Of a stretch of DNA of 50,303 nucleotides, positions 17,275-25,778 are shown piece by piece. Position 1 is the stretch's first letter; each line of letters opens with the position of its first letter. The stretch spans positions 11,162-61,464 of the forward strand of contig CADEEX010000001.1 of assembly GCA_902826465.1 (NCBI GenBank), in the 5' to 3' direction. The notes beneath the pieces were generated by a model. That model saw only the letters and a program-made list of their open reading frames with translations. It made no database searches and had not been told where the DNA came from. A program made the position numbers and the translations under genes. This DNA is from an uncultured Acidobacteriota bacterium (lineage in GTDB: Bacteria > Acidobacteriota > Vicinamibacteria > Vicinamibacterales > CAVVIG01).

Positions 17275-17745
17275 ATGCTCCCGCGACCGCTGGCAGCGCT
17301 GATCGAAGAGTATCGGGCCGGGCTCGAAGCGGAGCTACCCATTCTTCGACGGCTGCATCGCGTCGCCACGCATCAGCACGAAGCCAGTGGGAACCACGAC
17401 CTCGACTCGCTCAACAGCGCCGGCGATGAGCGCGACCGCCTGATGACGGCGCTGGTCAACATCGAGGGTCCGCTGCGAGACATCAGAAAGATACTCTCCG
17501 ACGCCCGCCAGAAGGCGCGACTGCTGCCTGGCTACAGCGAGGCCGTGGCCCTGCACACCGAGGCCGTGTCGCTCGTGTCCGAGATTCTGAAACTGGATGA
17601 GGATTCCGTGCAGGCGCTCGCCGCCGCAGAGCGGCTGCGACGCGAGAGCGTCCGCGCGGTCGAGCAGGGCGAAACGACGCTGGCCGCTTATCGGCGCGTC
17701 ATGACGGCGCCACCGGGCGCCACGCTCGTCGACCGCCGCGGCTGA
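17275..17745 (+). CDS. hypothetical helical protein in the FliT position
   Basis: ATG 1 nt after the fliS stop. 156 aa, predicted all-helical. No family recognised. Its 3' end overlaps the convergent GNAT gene by 58 nt. Confidence 0.5.
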   Translation: MLPRPLAALIEEYRAGLEAELPILRRLHRVATHQHEASGNHDLDSLNSAGDERDRLMTALVNIEGPLRDIRKILSDARQKARLLPGYSEAVALHTEAVSLVSEILKLDEDSVQALAAAERLRRESVRAVEQGETTLAAYRRVMTAPPGATLVDRRG

Positions 17746-18668
17746 AGCGTTCCCGCGGCGAGCATGCTGCCCATCGTCCGATAACGCGCCGCTTCGAACA
17801 ACGATCGCGCCGGTCGATTGCTGCCGCCGAGCGTCACCGTGATGCGCCGGCACCCGACTCTGGCCGCCGCGGCGCTGGCCGTCTCCATCAACTGCTGACC
17901 AATGCGGCGACGGCGCAACTGCGGTTCAACGACCAGCTGCGCGAGATGGGCGGTGCTCTCACCAATCCGGGTCACGAGCACGACGGCCGACAGCCGATCG
18001 GGGCCGGCCGGTAGACACAGTGTCGCTTCAGGAATGAGGAGTCCGCTGCCGCCACGCGACAGATCGTTCACATAGCCGAACCATTGTTCGGGGGTGCCGA
18101 GCGGCGCAAACGGCCGGGTCTCCGCAGATGCGTCGTAGGCCCTGCCAAACAGGGCCGCCGTGGCTAGCGAGTCTTCGACTCTCCAGCGGCGCACGCCCTG
18201 CAGCACCGGCGGCGACATCGGATTCATCAGTTCGCGCCCCAGGTACCAGTAGCGATCGACCGACAGTCCCCTGGCGCGAAACGCCTGGCTCAACCCGTTG
18301 AGATCGGAAAACAGGAACGCCGACACGCGTTCGACATAGGCGAGCGCAGGCACGCTCAGCAGGCGGTCGAGCAGCAGCTGGGCGATGCCGTCGTCGCTGG
18401 CGGTGAAGGTGTCGAGCCGCAGCACACGGTCGCGCACGGCATAGTGGCACCACCCTCGAACGCGGCCGCTCTCGTCGATCGCCACGAGACCCGAGGCCGC
18501 GCCCTGCCGGCGCCGACGCTCAATCTCTTCCCAGCGCGCGGTCGTCTCCCAATCGAGAAGGCGCTGCCAGCGATCGATCTCCTCCGCGTAGAGCGATTCC
18601 AGCCGTTCGGCAGCAAGCGTCTGCCAGTCGACGAGGCGCACGCGCGGCGGAAAGCTGACAACGTTCAT
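17688..18668 (-). CDS. GNAT-family N-acetyltransferase, apparently two tandem GNAT-like halves
   Basis: 326 aa. C-terminal half has the acetyl-CoA motif LAQLVVEPQLRRRRIGQQLMETA. The N-terminal half looks like a degenerate GNAT (GLVAIDESGRVRGWCHYAV). Start ATGA-coupled to the csrA stop. Confidence 0.7.
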   Translation of the reverse strand: MNVVSFPPRVRLVDWQTLAAERLESLYAEEIDRWQRLLDWETTARWEEIERRRRQGAASGLVAIDESGRVRGWCHYAVRDRVLRLDTFTASDDGIAQLLLDRLLSVPALAYVERVSAFLFSDLNGLSQAFRARGLSVDRYWYLGRELMNPMSPPVLQGVRRWRVEDSLATAALFGRAYDASAETRPFAPLGTPEQWFGYVNDLSRGGSGLLIPEATLCLPAGPDRLSAVVLVTRIGESTAHLAQLVVEPQLRRRRIGQQLMETASAAAARVGCRRITVTLGGSNRPARSLFEAARYRTMGSMLAAGTLQPRRSTSVAPGGAVMTRR

Positions 18669-18904
18669 GGCTTCTCGACGCGTCCTCTGAGGCGCTCGAC
18701 CAGCAAATGGACGTTGGCTGCGCCACCGACGGCCGATGTGTTGGCCGCACGGATGGTGTCGTAGACCTCCTGGCGATGCACCGCGATCTGCGGTGGCGCC
18801 GTGATGCCGAGGCGAACGCCGTCACGACCGTGCCGGAGCACTTTCACTTCTATGCCATCGCCGATCACGATGGCTTCGTTCCGCTTGCGGGTTACGACCA
18901 GCAC
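18665..18904 (-). CDS. csrA: carbon storage regulator CsrA
   Basis: 79 aa. MLVVTRKRNEAIVIGDGIEVKVL...GVRLGITAPPQIAVHRQEVY is the CsrA signature. GTG start 1 nt after the fliW stop. Confidence 0.93.
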   Translation of the reverse strand: MLVVTRKRNEAIVIGDGIEVKVLRHGRDGVRLGITAPPQIAVHRQEVYDTIRAANTSAVGGAANVHLLVERLRGRVEKP

Positions 18905-18905
18905 G

Positions 18906-19340
18906 TCACGCCCGTCCCAGAGAGTACCGCACCGGATACTCGACCTCGTCGCGGATGAACTGGCATCCAGTCATGCGACGGGGATTGATGACGATCGGCG
19001 CGCGTAAGTTGGCGGTGGCTTCTCCGTTGGTGATCGTGACGATGGCCAGCCAGAGCAGCGGCTCGTCGCCGGCGCCGAGGCGAGCGCGTTCGAACTCGCG
19101 GAGCGTGAGATCGTAGCCGGGCTCGAGCAGGCGAGGATCGACGGTCAGGAACGAGGCCGCTGGCGGATCCACTGCCTGCAGGCAGGCGAGCGGCGCCAGT
19201 TCGGGCGACGACACCAGCACGAAGCGGTGGCAGGTTTCGAAGCCGGGAATGCCAGCCGGGAACTCGACAATCAACGGTTCTCCGGCCGCGGCACCGGCCG
19301 CATCGGCATGAAGCATGGGTGAGGAAGCGCTCAGGGTCAT
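18906..19340 (-). CDS. fliW: flagellar assembly factor FliW (CsrA antagonist)
   Basis: 144 aa. FPAGIPGFETCHRFVLV ... TANLRAPIVINPRRMTGCQFI is typical FliW. ATGA-coupled to flgL. Confidence 0.9.
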   Translation of the reverse strand: MTLSASSPMLHADAAGAAAGEPLIVEFPAGIPGFETCHRFVLVSSPELAPLACLQAVDPPAASFLTVDPRLLEPGYDLTLREFERARLGAGDEPLLWLAIVTITNGEATANLRAPIVINPRRMTGCQFIRDEVEYPVRYSLGRA

Positions 19341-20221
19341 CGCAGGTAATCCATCAGCGACACGCGGCCGATCATGGCCAGCGACTGCAGGGCGGCGTTG
19401 TAGGCGGTGTCGGCCTGCGCCAGCTTGGCCGCCGCCGCCGCCAGGTCGGCGTCTTCGATCGAGGCCAATCGTGCCGTCACACCCACGCGATCGTTGACGG
19501 TACGCAGCTTGGCGTTCTCAACGGCTTTCAGATCGTTGCCGATGGCCGCCTGAGCGTTCGTCGCCCGGTTGAAACTGCGATCGATCGCCGCCAGGCCGGT
19601 CTGGATGCCTGGCTCGTCGCCCGCGGCGACGGCCGCGGACAGCGCCGTCAGCGCGTCCAGGATGTCGACCGTGTCGGAGCCCTTGTAGATCGCTTCACCG
19701 TCGTAGGAGATCGTTGCCGAGCTGCCATTGGCGACATCCACACGCGTCTGCGTGTTGTCACCCTGGTAGCCGCCGCCCCCTTCGACATAGGGGGCCGTCG
19801 TCACCGCAGCGCCGCTGAAGATGTAGGCCCCCTGGAACTGGGTATTGATGTCGCCGACGAGCGCGTGACGAATCGCCAGCAGGTCCTGCGCGGCAGCATC
19901 GCGCTGCGCCTGCGTGGTGGCGGTGCCGCGCGCCGACAATGTCGACGTCTGCGCCGCCGACAGCTGGTTGATGATGTCTGACAGCGCGCTGTCGGCGAGA
20001 CTGAGGCGATACTCCGCCGCGTCCGCCGCGCTGCTGTAGGCGTCGAGTCGAGACATGGCCGTGTGCTCGAGGATGGCGGCCGCGCTGCCGAGCGCATCGT
20101 CGCTGAGCGTACCAATCCGGCGACCTGACGCCACCTGACGTTGAGCCTCGGTCAATCCTTCAGCCGCCTTCTGAATCGAAAGGACGCCGTCAGCGTAGAT
20201 GCTGTTGTAAACGACTCGCAT
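19337..20221 (-). CDS. flgL: hook-filament junction protein FlgL (HAP3)
   Basis: 294 aa, flagellin-like termini (...QRQVASGRRI..., ...AYNAALQSLAMIGRVSLMDYLR). Position directly after flgK. Confidence 0.88.
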   Translation of the reverse strand: MRVVYNSIYADGVLSIQKAAEGLTEAQRQVASGRRIGTLSDDALGSAAAILEHTAMSRLDAYSSAADAAEYRLSLADSALSDIINQLSAAQTSTLSARGTATTQAQRDAAAQDLLAIRHALVGDINTQFQGAYIFSGAAVTTAPYVEGGGGYQGDNTQTRVDVANGSSATISYDGEAIYKGSDTVDILDALTALSAAVAAGDEPGIQTGLAAIDRSFNRATNAQAAIGNDLKAVENAKLRTVNDRVGVTARLASIEDADLAAAAAKLAQADTAYNAALQSLAMIGRVSLMDYLR

Positions 20222-20225
20222 GTTC

Positions 20226-21605
20226 TTAGCGTCCGAGCTGCAGCAGCAGCGCCAGCGTCTCGTCGACCACCTGGAAGAATCTGGCGTTGGCTTCGTAGGC
20301 GCTCTGAAAGCGCATCAGGGAGGCGGCTTCCTCGTCGATCGAGACGCCGGAGATCTGATCCCAGAGGTTCTTCAGCTGATGCGTGACCTGCTCGTGCGCG
20401 GTGCGCGCTTCCTTGGCCGTGGCTGAATCGGTGGCCACGCTGTAAACGAGGTCGCTCCAGCCTTCGACGGGCTTCGCAGTGCTCCCGGTCATCGCCGCAT
20501 CCTGCAGCCGGCCAATGGCCAGCGCCAGATCGTTGTTGCCGACTGCAGTGGTCGAGGAGGTGACGATCAGGCTGTTGTCGGATACGACCGACGGGTTCAC
20601 CGCCAGCAGACGGGCGGAACCGGCCACCGTCGCCAGTGGCGTGAACAGCGGCACACCCGGGGCACCGTTGCGGTCGTAGCCCGTCGTCGTCACGGCGTTG
20701 ACGTCGGTGGCAACCGCGTTGGCCAGCTCATCGAGTCGCGACGAGTAGCTGGGGATCAGCGTGTCGCGCACGCGCAGCAATCCGCCGATGCGACCGCTGC
20801 TGATCTCCGACGTGATGTCGGTCGTGACCGCAGCGCCATCGGTCATCAGGTTCGCGTATCCGGCGCCATTGGCTGACACCGAGACGTCGTAGAGCTGGTC
20901 GCCGATGACGAGAGCGCGCCCGTTGCCAATTGACACGTCGACGACGCCGTCGCCACGGCTGACGACGTTGAGATCGACCAGCGTCGACATCTGGGCAACA
21001 ACATAGGTCTGTTGATCGTAGAGGCCCTGAGCGTTGTTCGGGTCGGTCGAGCCAATCTGCCGGTTGATGCTGGCGAGCTGACCGGCGAGGGCATTGAGCT
21101 GTCCGACGTCAGCGCGGATGCCGGCGTCGGCGCTGCGGCGCTGACTCTCGAGGCGCGCCGCCATGTCGTTGAAGGCGCGCGTCAGCGACTGCGCCTGGAC
21201 CACGACCTGCTGACGCGCCGTGCTCGACGTCGGCGACTGACCGAGCTGGGCGTAGGTGTTGTAGAAATCGGCGAGCGCGTCATCGAGCGAATTGCCGGCC
21301 TGGCCAAGACCCGATTCGAGGACCGCAAGCTGATCGGCGATCGCCCCGTGACTCGACGCCAGCGGTTGCTCGTAGCGAAGGCGCCCCTCGACGAGCGGCG
21401 CCCGCGAGGCGATCACGGCCTGCACGTCGACACCACCGCCAGGGGTCAGAGGATCGGGCGGCGGCCCTTCGACCAGCACCGCCGAACGCCGCACATAGCC
21501 TGGCGTATTGACGTTGGCGATGTTCTGCCCCGCGACGTCGAGGCCGTAGCGCTGGGCGTCCAGCGCTCGCACCGTCCGCCCGAGCATCGAAAAAAGATCA
21601 GACAC
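20226..21605 (-). CDS. flgK: hook-filament junction protein FlgK (HAP1)
   Basis: 459 aa. ALDAQRYGLDVAGQNIANVNTPGYVRR N-terminal rod/hook motif. C-terminal EEAASLMRFQSAYEANARFF. GTG start. Confidence 0.93.
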   Translation of the reverse strand: MSDLFSMLGRTVRALDAQRYGLDVAGQNIANVNTPGYVRRSAVLVEGPPPDPLTPGGGVDVQAVIASRAPLVEGRLRYEQPLASSHGAIADQLAVLESGLGQAGNSLDDALADFYNTYAQLGQSPTSSTARQQVVVQAQSLTRAFNDMAARLESQRRSADAGIRADVGQLNALAGQLASINRQIGSTDPNNAQGLYDQQTYVVAQMSTLVDLNVVSRGDGVVDVSIGNGRALVIGDQLYDVSVSANGAGYANLMTDGAAVTTDITSEISSGRIGGLLRVRDTLIPSYSSRLDELANAVATDVNAVTTTGYDRNGAPGVPLFTPLATVAGSARLLAVNPSVVSDNSLIVTSSTTAVGNNDLALAIGRLQDAAMTGSTAKPVEGWSDLVYSVATDSATAKEARTAHEQVTHQLKNLWDQISGVSIDEEAASLMRFQSAYEANARFFQVVDETLALLLQLGR

Positions 21606-21606
21606 G

Positions 21607-21966
21607 TTAAGTCATCACCTTGACGGCGGCGCCCGATACCGCTGGTTCCACGAAACTGCCGGTCCGTCCGTATGTTTCGACACCAGTCCGCAGCCTGAGC
21701 CGCGTGCCGGCAATGCCGGAGAAAGAGGCGCCCAGGCGGCGGCAGCGCAGCAACGCGGTCGCCGCGCGCCTGGCCGTCCGCTTGAGCGCGTCGACGTCTT
21801 CCACCTCGCCACCGGCGCTCAACGCCGACACCAGTTGCTCGAGGGTGTCCTGCGTGTCGAGCAGCGTCTCGGCATCGATCGCCACGAGGGCGTCGCCGAT
21901 TCGCTCGAGCGTCTCGCAGAGACGCTCGGCATGCGCAAGCAGGGGATCCTGAACGGCCTCGGACAT
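21607..21966 (-). CDS. putative FlgN-like export chaperone
   Basis: 119-aa helical protein between flgM and flgK, the canonical flgN position. Sequence similarity was judged only by eye. Confidence 0.5.
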   Translation of the reverse strand: MSEAVQDPLLAHAERLCETLERIGDALVAIDAETLLDTQDTLEQLVSALSAGGEVEDVDALKRTARRAATALLRCRRLGASFSGIAGTRLRLRTGVETYGRTGSFVEPAVSGAAVKVMT

Positions 21967-21973
21967 CGATGCG

Positions 21974-22279
21974 CTACCGCTGACCGGTCAAGTCGTCGAT
22001 GAGGGCGTCGGCCAGTGCACCGGGGTCGTTGCCGACCTGACCAGCGTCGAGCAGCGCCTTCATGCGATCGACGACATCCTGGCGAATCGCCGGCGCGCCA
22101 GCCGACTGCTCGGACAACGTCTTCAAAAACTGGGCTTCGGGGGAGAGCGTCAGCGCATCGCCTCCGCTCGTGGCCTGACGGGCCTTTTCTGCCTCGGCCT
22201 GTTCCGCCGCCGCTTTGGTCCGCGTCAGCGAGTCGGTCGCGTTCGAAAGGGCGCCTGTTCCGTCGTTGTGAATCTTCAT
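21974..22279 (-). CDS. flgM: anti-sigma-28 factor FlgM
   Basis: About 101 aa. C-terminal IRQDVVDRMKALLDAGQVGNDPGALADALIDDL is FlgM-like. ATG at 22279 with GGAGGA upstream. The ORF-track TTG at 22282 is one codon earlier. Confidence 0.85.
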   Translation of the reverse strand: MKIHNDGTGALSNATDSLTRTKAAAEQAEAEKARQATSGGDALTLSPEAQFLKTLSEQSAGAPAIRQDVVDRMKALLDAGQVGNDPGALADALIDDLTGQR

Positions 22280-22323
22280 CAAGTCCTCCGTGGACCACTT
22301 CCCGACACTGGTCCTTGCTCCAG

Positions 22324-22350
22324 CAATCGGCCGCCCTCTTGAATCCTTTA
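22324..22350 (-). promoter_or_regulatory. sigma-28 (FliA) promoter of flgM-flgN-flgKL-fliW-csrA
   Basis: Minus strand reads TAAA-N15-GCCGATTG, about 42 nt upstream of the flgM ATG. Confidence 0.75.
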
Positions 22351-22382
22351 GCGGCTCGAGTGCCTGTCGCCTGTAGGGTTAA

Positions 22383-23198
22383 CTACGTATGGCCTTTCAG
22401 CGGATCGACGGCCTGGCCATTCACCAGCATCTCGAAGTGGAGATGCGGGCCGGTCGACCGGCCCGAGTTCCCGGATTTTCCCACTACCTGACCCTCCGTG
22501 ACGCGTTCTCCTGCACGAACCAGCGGTTCGGCCAGGTGCGCGTAACGGGTCTGCCTCCCGCCGCCATGATCGACCACCACCGTCTGGCCGTAGCCGGGCT
22601 GGGAGCCGGCATAGGTCACCGTCCCCTCCGCGGCCGACTTGACGTCCTGTCCATAGGCGACGGCGATATCCACGCCGGCGTGAAACTTCCCCTGTCCGGA
22701 GATGGGATCGCGGCGCCAGCCGAAGCCACTGCTCACCGGGGCGGCCGAGGTCACATCCAGAGGATCGATGTCGATGCCGCGAGGGGCGCCGAGCGGCATC
22801 GCCACCGCGTCCGGGTGCAGCGGCACCAGCGCGCGCACCGCGCTGGCACTCGTCACGCTCGCGCCACCAGCCAGGTCGACGCCTGGCGTACCGCTCAGGG
22901 TAGCGATCTGGCGCTCGAACACCGCCAGCATCTGATCGGCAAACCCGAGGCCGCCGTTCCGGCTCAGGGCGCTCCCGAATTCGATGTTCGCGTTATCGTT
23001 CAGAGGCCCGGCGCCGAGGCCCCCCTCGTCTTCCTCATCGACCATCGACTTGCGCATCTCACGCATCATCTGCGTCAGCAGCATCGCCTCGAACTGCTGC
23101 GCGAGGTGCTTGATCTCCTGGCGATCCGCATCGGGATTGGCCACGGCATCGAGCCGTCCGACCGCGTCGTTCATCAGACTGTTGACGTCAATCGCCAT
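22383..23198 (-). CDS. flgJ: FlgJ-like rod-binding domain fused to an M23 (LytM) peptidase domain
   Basis: 271 aa. N-terminal LAQQFEAMLLTQMMREMRKS (Rod_binding). C-terminal HAGVDIA...GYGQTVVVDHGGG...GNSGRSTGPHLHFE (HxxxD and HxH M23 motifs). Confidence 0.85.
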   Translation of the reverse strand: MAIDVNSLMNDAVGRLDAVANPDADRQEIKHLAQQFEAMLLTQMMREMRKSMVDEEDEGGLGAGPLNDNANIEFGSALSRNGGLGFADQMLAVFERQIATLSGTPGVDLAGGASVTSASAVRALVPLHPDAVAMPLGAPRGIDIDPLDVTSAAPVSSGFGWRRDPISGQGKFHAGVDIAVAYGQDVKSAAEGTVTYAGSQPGYGQTVVVDHGGGRQTRYAHLAEPLVRAGERVTEGQVVGKSGNSGRSTGPHLHFEMLVNGQAVDPLKGHT

Positions 23199-23255
23199 TA
23201 CGCCCTCACCCGCGCTGTCGAGTTCCGTCCTTCTTCATGCGTCACTGCCGACGCC

Positions 23256-24371
23256 CTATTGAATGACCAGTTCGGCGCGCAGCGCGCCGGCCGCCTTGAG
23301 CGCCTGCATGATCGCGATGATGTCGCGCGGGCTGGCGCCAAGGGCGTTCAAGCCGCGGACGACCGACTCCAGCGTTGTTCCCTGTTCGAGCATGAGCAGC
23401 TGGTTGCGCCCTTCGGTCACATCGACCTGCTGCTGCGGCACGACCGTGGTGTCGCCGTTCTTCGAAAACGGCGCCGGCTGCGACACCTCGAAGCGGGTCG
23501 CGATCTTCACCGACAGCGTGCCATGCGCAACGGCCGCCGGCCCGAGTCGTACAGACCCCCCGATCACGACGGTACCCGTGCGTTCGTTGATCACGACGCG
23601 CGCCGCGGTGTCGACCGACACGCTGAGCGGCTCGAGTCGAGCCACCAGTTCCGGAATCGCGCTCCGGTACGGGCCGGGGACCTTCACCGCCACCGTCGCC
23701 GCGTCGACTGCGCGCGCCGCGCCTTCGCCAAGCTCGCGATTGACGGTCATCGCCACCTGGCTCGCGCTGCTGAAATCCGGATCCTTGAGCGTGAAGGCAA
23801 TGGCGTCGGCCGGCGGCATCGCCGCCGCGGCTTCCACATGCACGAGTGCGCCATTCGGCACGCGGCCGACCGTCAGGTGGTTGACCTGCACGCCGTTGCC
23901 GCCGCTGCCACCGCCAAAACCACCGAGCGACAAGGCCCCCTGCGCCGTGGCGATGATCTGTCCGTTCGGTCCACGCAGCGGCGTCGCCAGCAGCACACCG
24001 CCCTGCAGGCTGCGCGCATCGCCAATCGACGATGCGGTGACATCAAGCCGCGTCCCTTGATGCGCATAGGTTGGCAGGTCGGCGGTCACAAGGACCGCGG
24101 CGATGTTCTCGACCTTCATCTGCAACGGCGACACGGTCACGCCCAGCTGCTGCAGCATGTTGGCCAGCGTCTGGCCCGAGAAGATCGTCTGCCGCTTGTC
24201 GCCGGTCTTGTTGAGGCCAACGACAATGCCGTAACCGATCACTGGCGTCGTGCTGAGGCCCTGGAGGGACGCGATGTCCTTGAGACGCGTTGGCACGTCG
24301 ATGGGCTGGGCGGCGGCAGTCGTGCTGATAAGCGCGAGCGTGATGCTCGCGAATCGGGTACGCAGAGTCAT
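23256..24371 (-). CDS. flgI: flagellar P-ring protein FlgI
   Basis: Signal peptide MTLRTRFASITLALISTTAAAQP, then LIGYGIVVGLNKTGDK... The ATG at 24371 lies 2 nt after the flgH stop. The ORF track extends to 24407. Confidence 0.93.
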   Translation of the reverse strand: MTLRTRFASITLALISTTAAAQPIDVPTRLKDIASLQGLSTTPVIGYGIVVGLNKTGDKRQTIFSGQTLANMLQQLGVTVSPLQMKVENIAAVLVTADLPTYAHQGTRLDVTASSIGDARSLQGGVLLATPLRGPNGQIIATAQGALSLGGFGGGSGGNGVQVNHLTVGRVPNGALVHVEAAAAMPPADAIAFTLKDPDFSSASQVAMTVNRELGEGAARAVDAATVAVKVPGPYRSAIPELVARLEPLSVSVDTAARVVINERTGTVVIGGSVRLGPAAVAHGTLSVKIATRFEVSQPAPFSKNGDTTVVPQQQVDVTEGRNQLLMLEQGTTLESVVRGLNALGASPRDIIAIMQALKAAGALRAELVIQ

Positions 24372-24373
24372 GA

Positions 24374-25066
24374 CTAAAACACCTTGTTGAGAATGCGTAC
24401 CAGCCACCCTGGCTTGAGGTTGTCCTTCATCAGGCCTCGGCCGAAGTAGCGAATCCGGAGTTGTCCAATTTCGGTCGACAGCACTTCGTTACTGGGCGGC
24501 ACGTCGACGGTGCGCACGACGCCCGTTAGCACCACGATCTGACGGTCGCCGTTGATCTCGATCTCGCGCACGCCTTCGACGACGAGATCGCCGTTCGGCA
24601 GCACATCAGCGACGCGGGCCGTCATCTGCGCGGTCAGCGTGCCGGCGCGGTTGGTGGTACCACCGCCCTGATAGCCGGTTTTGGTGTTCGCCGACGCCAG
24701 GTTCGCGGGATTCACGGCTCCAGGCAGCTTCTTCTCGAGACCAAACAGCGATGGCACGCCGATGCCCACGTCGCTCGACTTGGCCAACTGAGAATCGGCC
24801 GTGCCGCTGCCAACGATGCTCTCGACGACGCGGATGGTGATGAGATCGTTGACGTTCCTGGCGCGGCGATCGAGCCCGAGGGAACTCATCCAGCCCCACG
24901 GCTGCGCCTCACTCGCCGGTTTAGCGGTACGCGCCTCGAGCAGGTAGCGCTGGAACAGTTCGTCGTAGTTGTCGGTCGGCTTGATCGGCTGCTGCGCCAC
25001 CGCGAGCGCCGAGGTCGTCGCCAGCACCATGGCCACCAGCGACGCGATCCGAGCTCTAGCGAACAT
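24374..25066 (-). CDS. flgH: flagellar L-ring protein FlgH
   Basis: 230 aa. Signal peptide, DLITIRVVESI ... NGDLVVEGVREIEINGDRQ ... LTGVVR are FlgH signatures. No lipobox Cys is visible. Confidence 0.9.
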   Translation of the reverse strand: MFARARIASLVAMVLATTSALAVAQQPIKPTDNYDELFQRYLLEARTAKPASEAQPWGWMSSLGLDRRARNVNDLITIRVVESIVGSGTADSQLAKSSDVGIGVPSLFGLEKKLPGAVNPANLASANTKTGYQGGGTTNRAGTLTAQMTARVADVLPNGDLVVEGVREIEINGDRQIVVLTGVVRTVDVPPSNEVLSTEIGQLRIRYFGRGLMKDNLKPGWLVRILNKVF

Positions 25067-25778
25067 TCACAACCTCCACTTCACCCCGCGCCGCGATTCG
25101 TGCGCGGGCAGCGTGCCTGGTTTCCTGGTTGACGACGCGAATGACGTCGCCACGGCTGCCGCTCTGGGCCGCGATCATTTCTGCGGCAATCTCGACGTTG
25201 CCGACACGGGCGCGCGCCTGCACGACGTCGCCGGCTCGCACCAGCGGCGATGGCGCGAGGTCCATGCGCGTCAGCGTGGTGTCGGCGCTGAGATCGCGGC
25301 GAGCGCGGGCGCCGACAACATCGTCGAGAGTCAGCAGCGGACCGAACGGCTGGCGTCCGATCACCGCCGTCACCACGGTCACATCGGACGCGGTGACCTC
25401 TTCGCCACGGGCAATGGCGCGAATCGCGCGGACGACCGGCGCCGACACCGTCAACGTCGCCACCGCTTCGCCGGCGCGCACCGACGGACGGCCCGGTCTC
25501 ACATCGGACAGCACGAATCGCACTGGCCCACCGAGTCGTGCGGCCGGCTCAGGCGCGGCCACAAGCGAAACGGCGGAACGATCGAGCCGCACGCCCTCGA
25601 GCGAGGCCACCACGACGGTGGCGGTCTCGCCGAGACGTAACTGGACGGCGCGCACGATCGCCTCGACGACGGCAGGCGCCACCACGGCGCCGGCACCGGC
25701 GAACACCGGCGTCGTCGCCAGCAGCCACGCCAGGCTGATGCTAGCGAACAATCGTGTTGACCTGCTGGAGCATCTCAT
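25056..25778 (-). CDS. flgA: P-ring assembly chaperone FlgA (SAF domain)
   Basis: 240 aa with signal peptide. C-terminal VRAGDVVQARARVGNVEIAAEMIAAQSGSRGDVIRVVN is FlgA-like. Position between flgG and flgH. Confidence 0.8.
   Translation of the reverse strand: MRCSSRSTRLFASISLAWLLATTPVFAGAGAVVAPAVVEAIVRAVQLRLGETATVVVASLEGVRLDRSAVSLVAAPEPAARLGGPVRFVLSDVRPGRPSVRAGEAVATLTVSAPVVRAIRAIARGEEVTASDVTVVTAVIGRQPFGPLLTLDDVVGARARRDLSADTTLTRMDLAPSPLVRAGDVVQARARVGNVEIAAEMIAAQSGSRGDVIRVVNQETRHAARARIAARGEVEVVNVR

Noticed and set aside
17688-17695. A perfect GCCGATAA sigma-28 -10 element on the minus strand.
   Set aside because: It contains the TAA stop of the GNAT gene and has no TAAA, TCAA or TGGA at the -35 position (GGTG instead). 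It points into the antisense of a plus-strand gene, with no downstream minus-strand gene. I treat it as a chance match, and it is a useful reminder of the background rate.
24374-25066. FlgH lacks a lipobox cysteine in its signal peptide (ATTSALAVAQQ).
   Set aside because: This is noted only as a curiosity. Non-lipoprotein FlgH variants or alternative processing are plausible, and I cannot evaluate it further from sequence alone.
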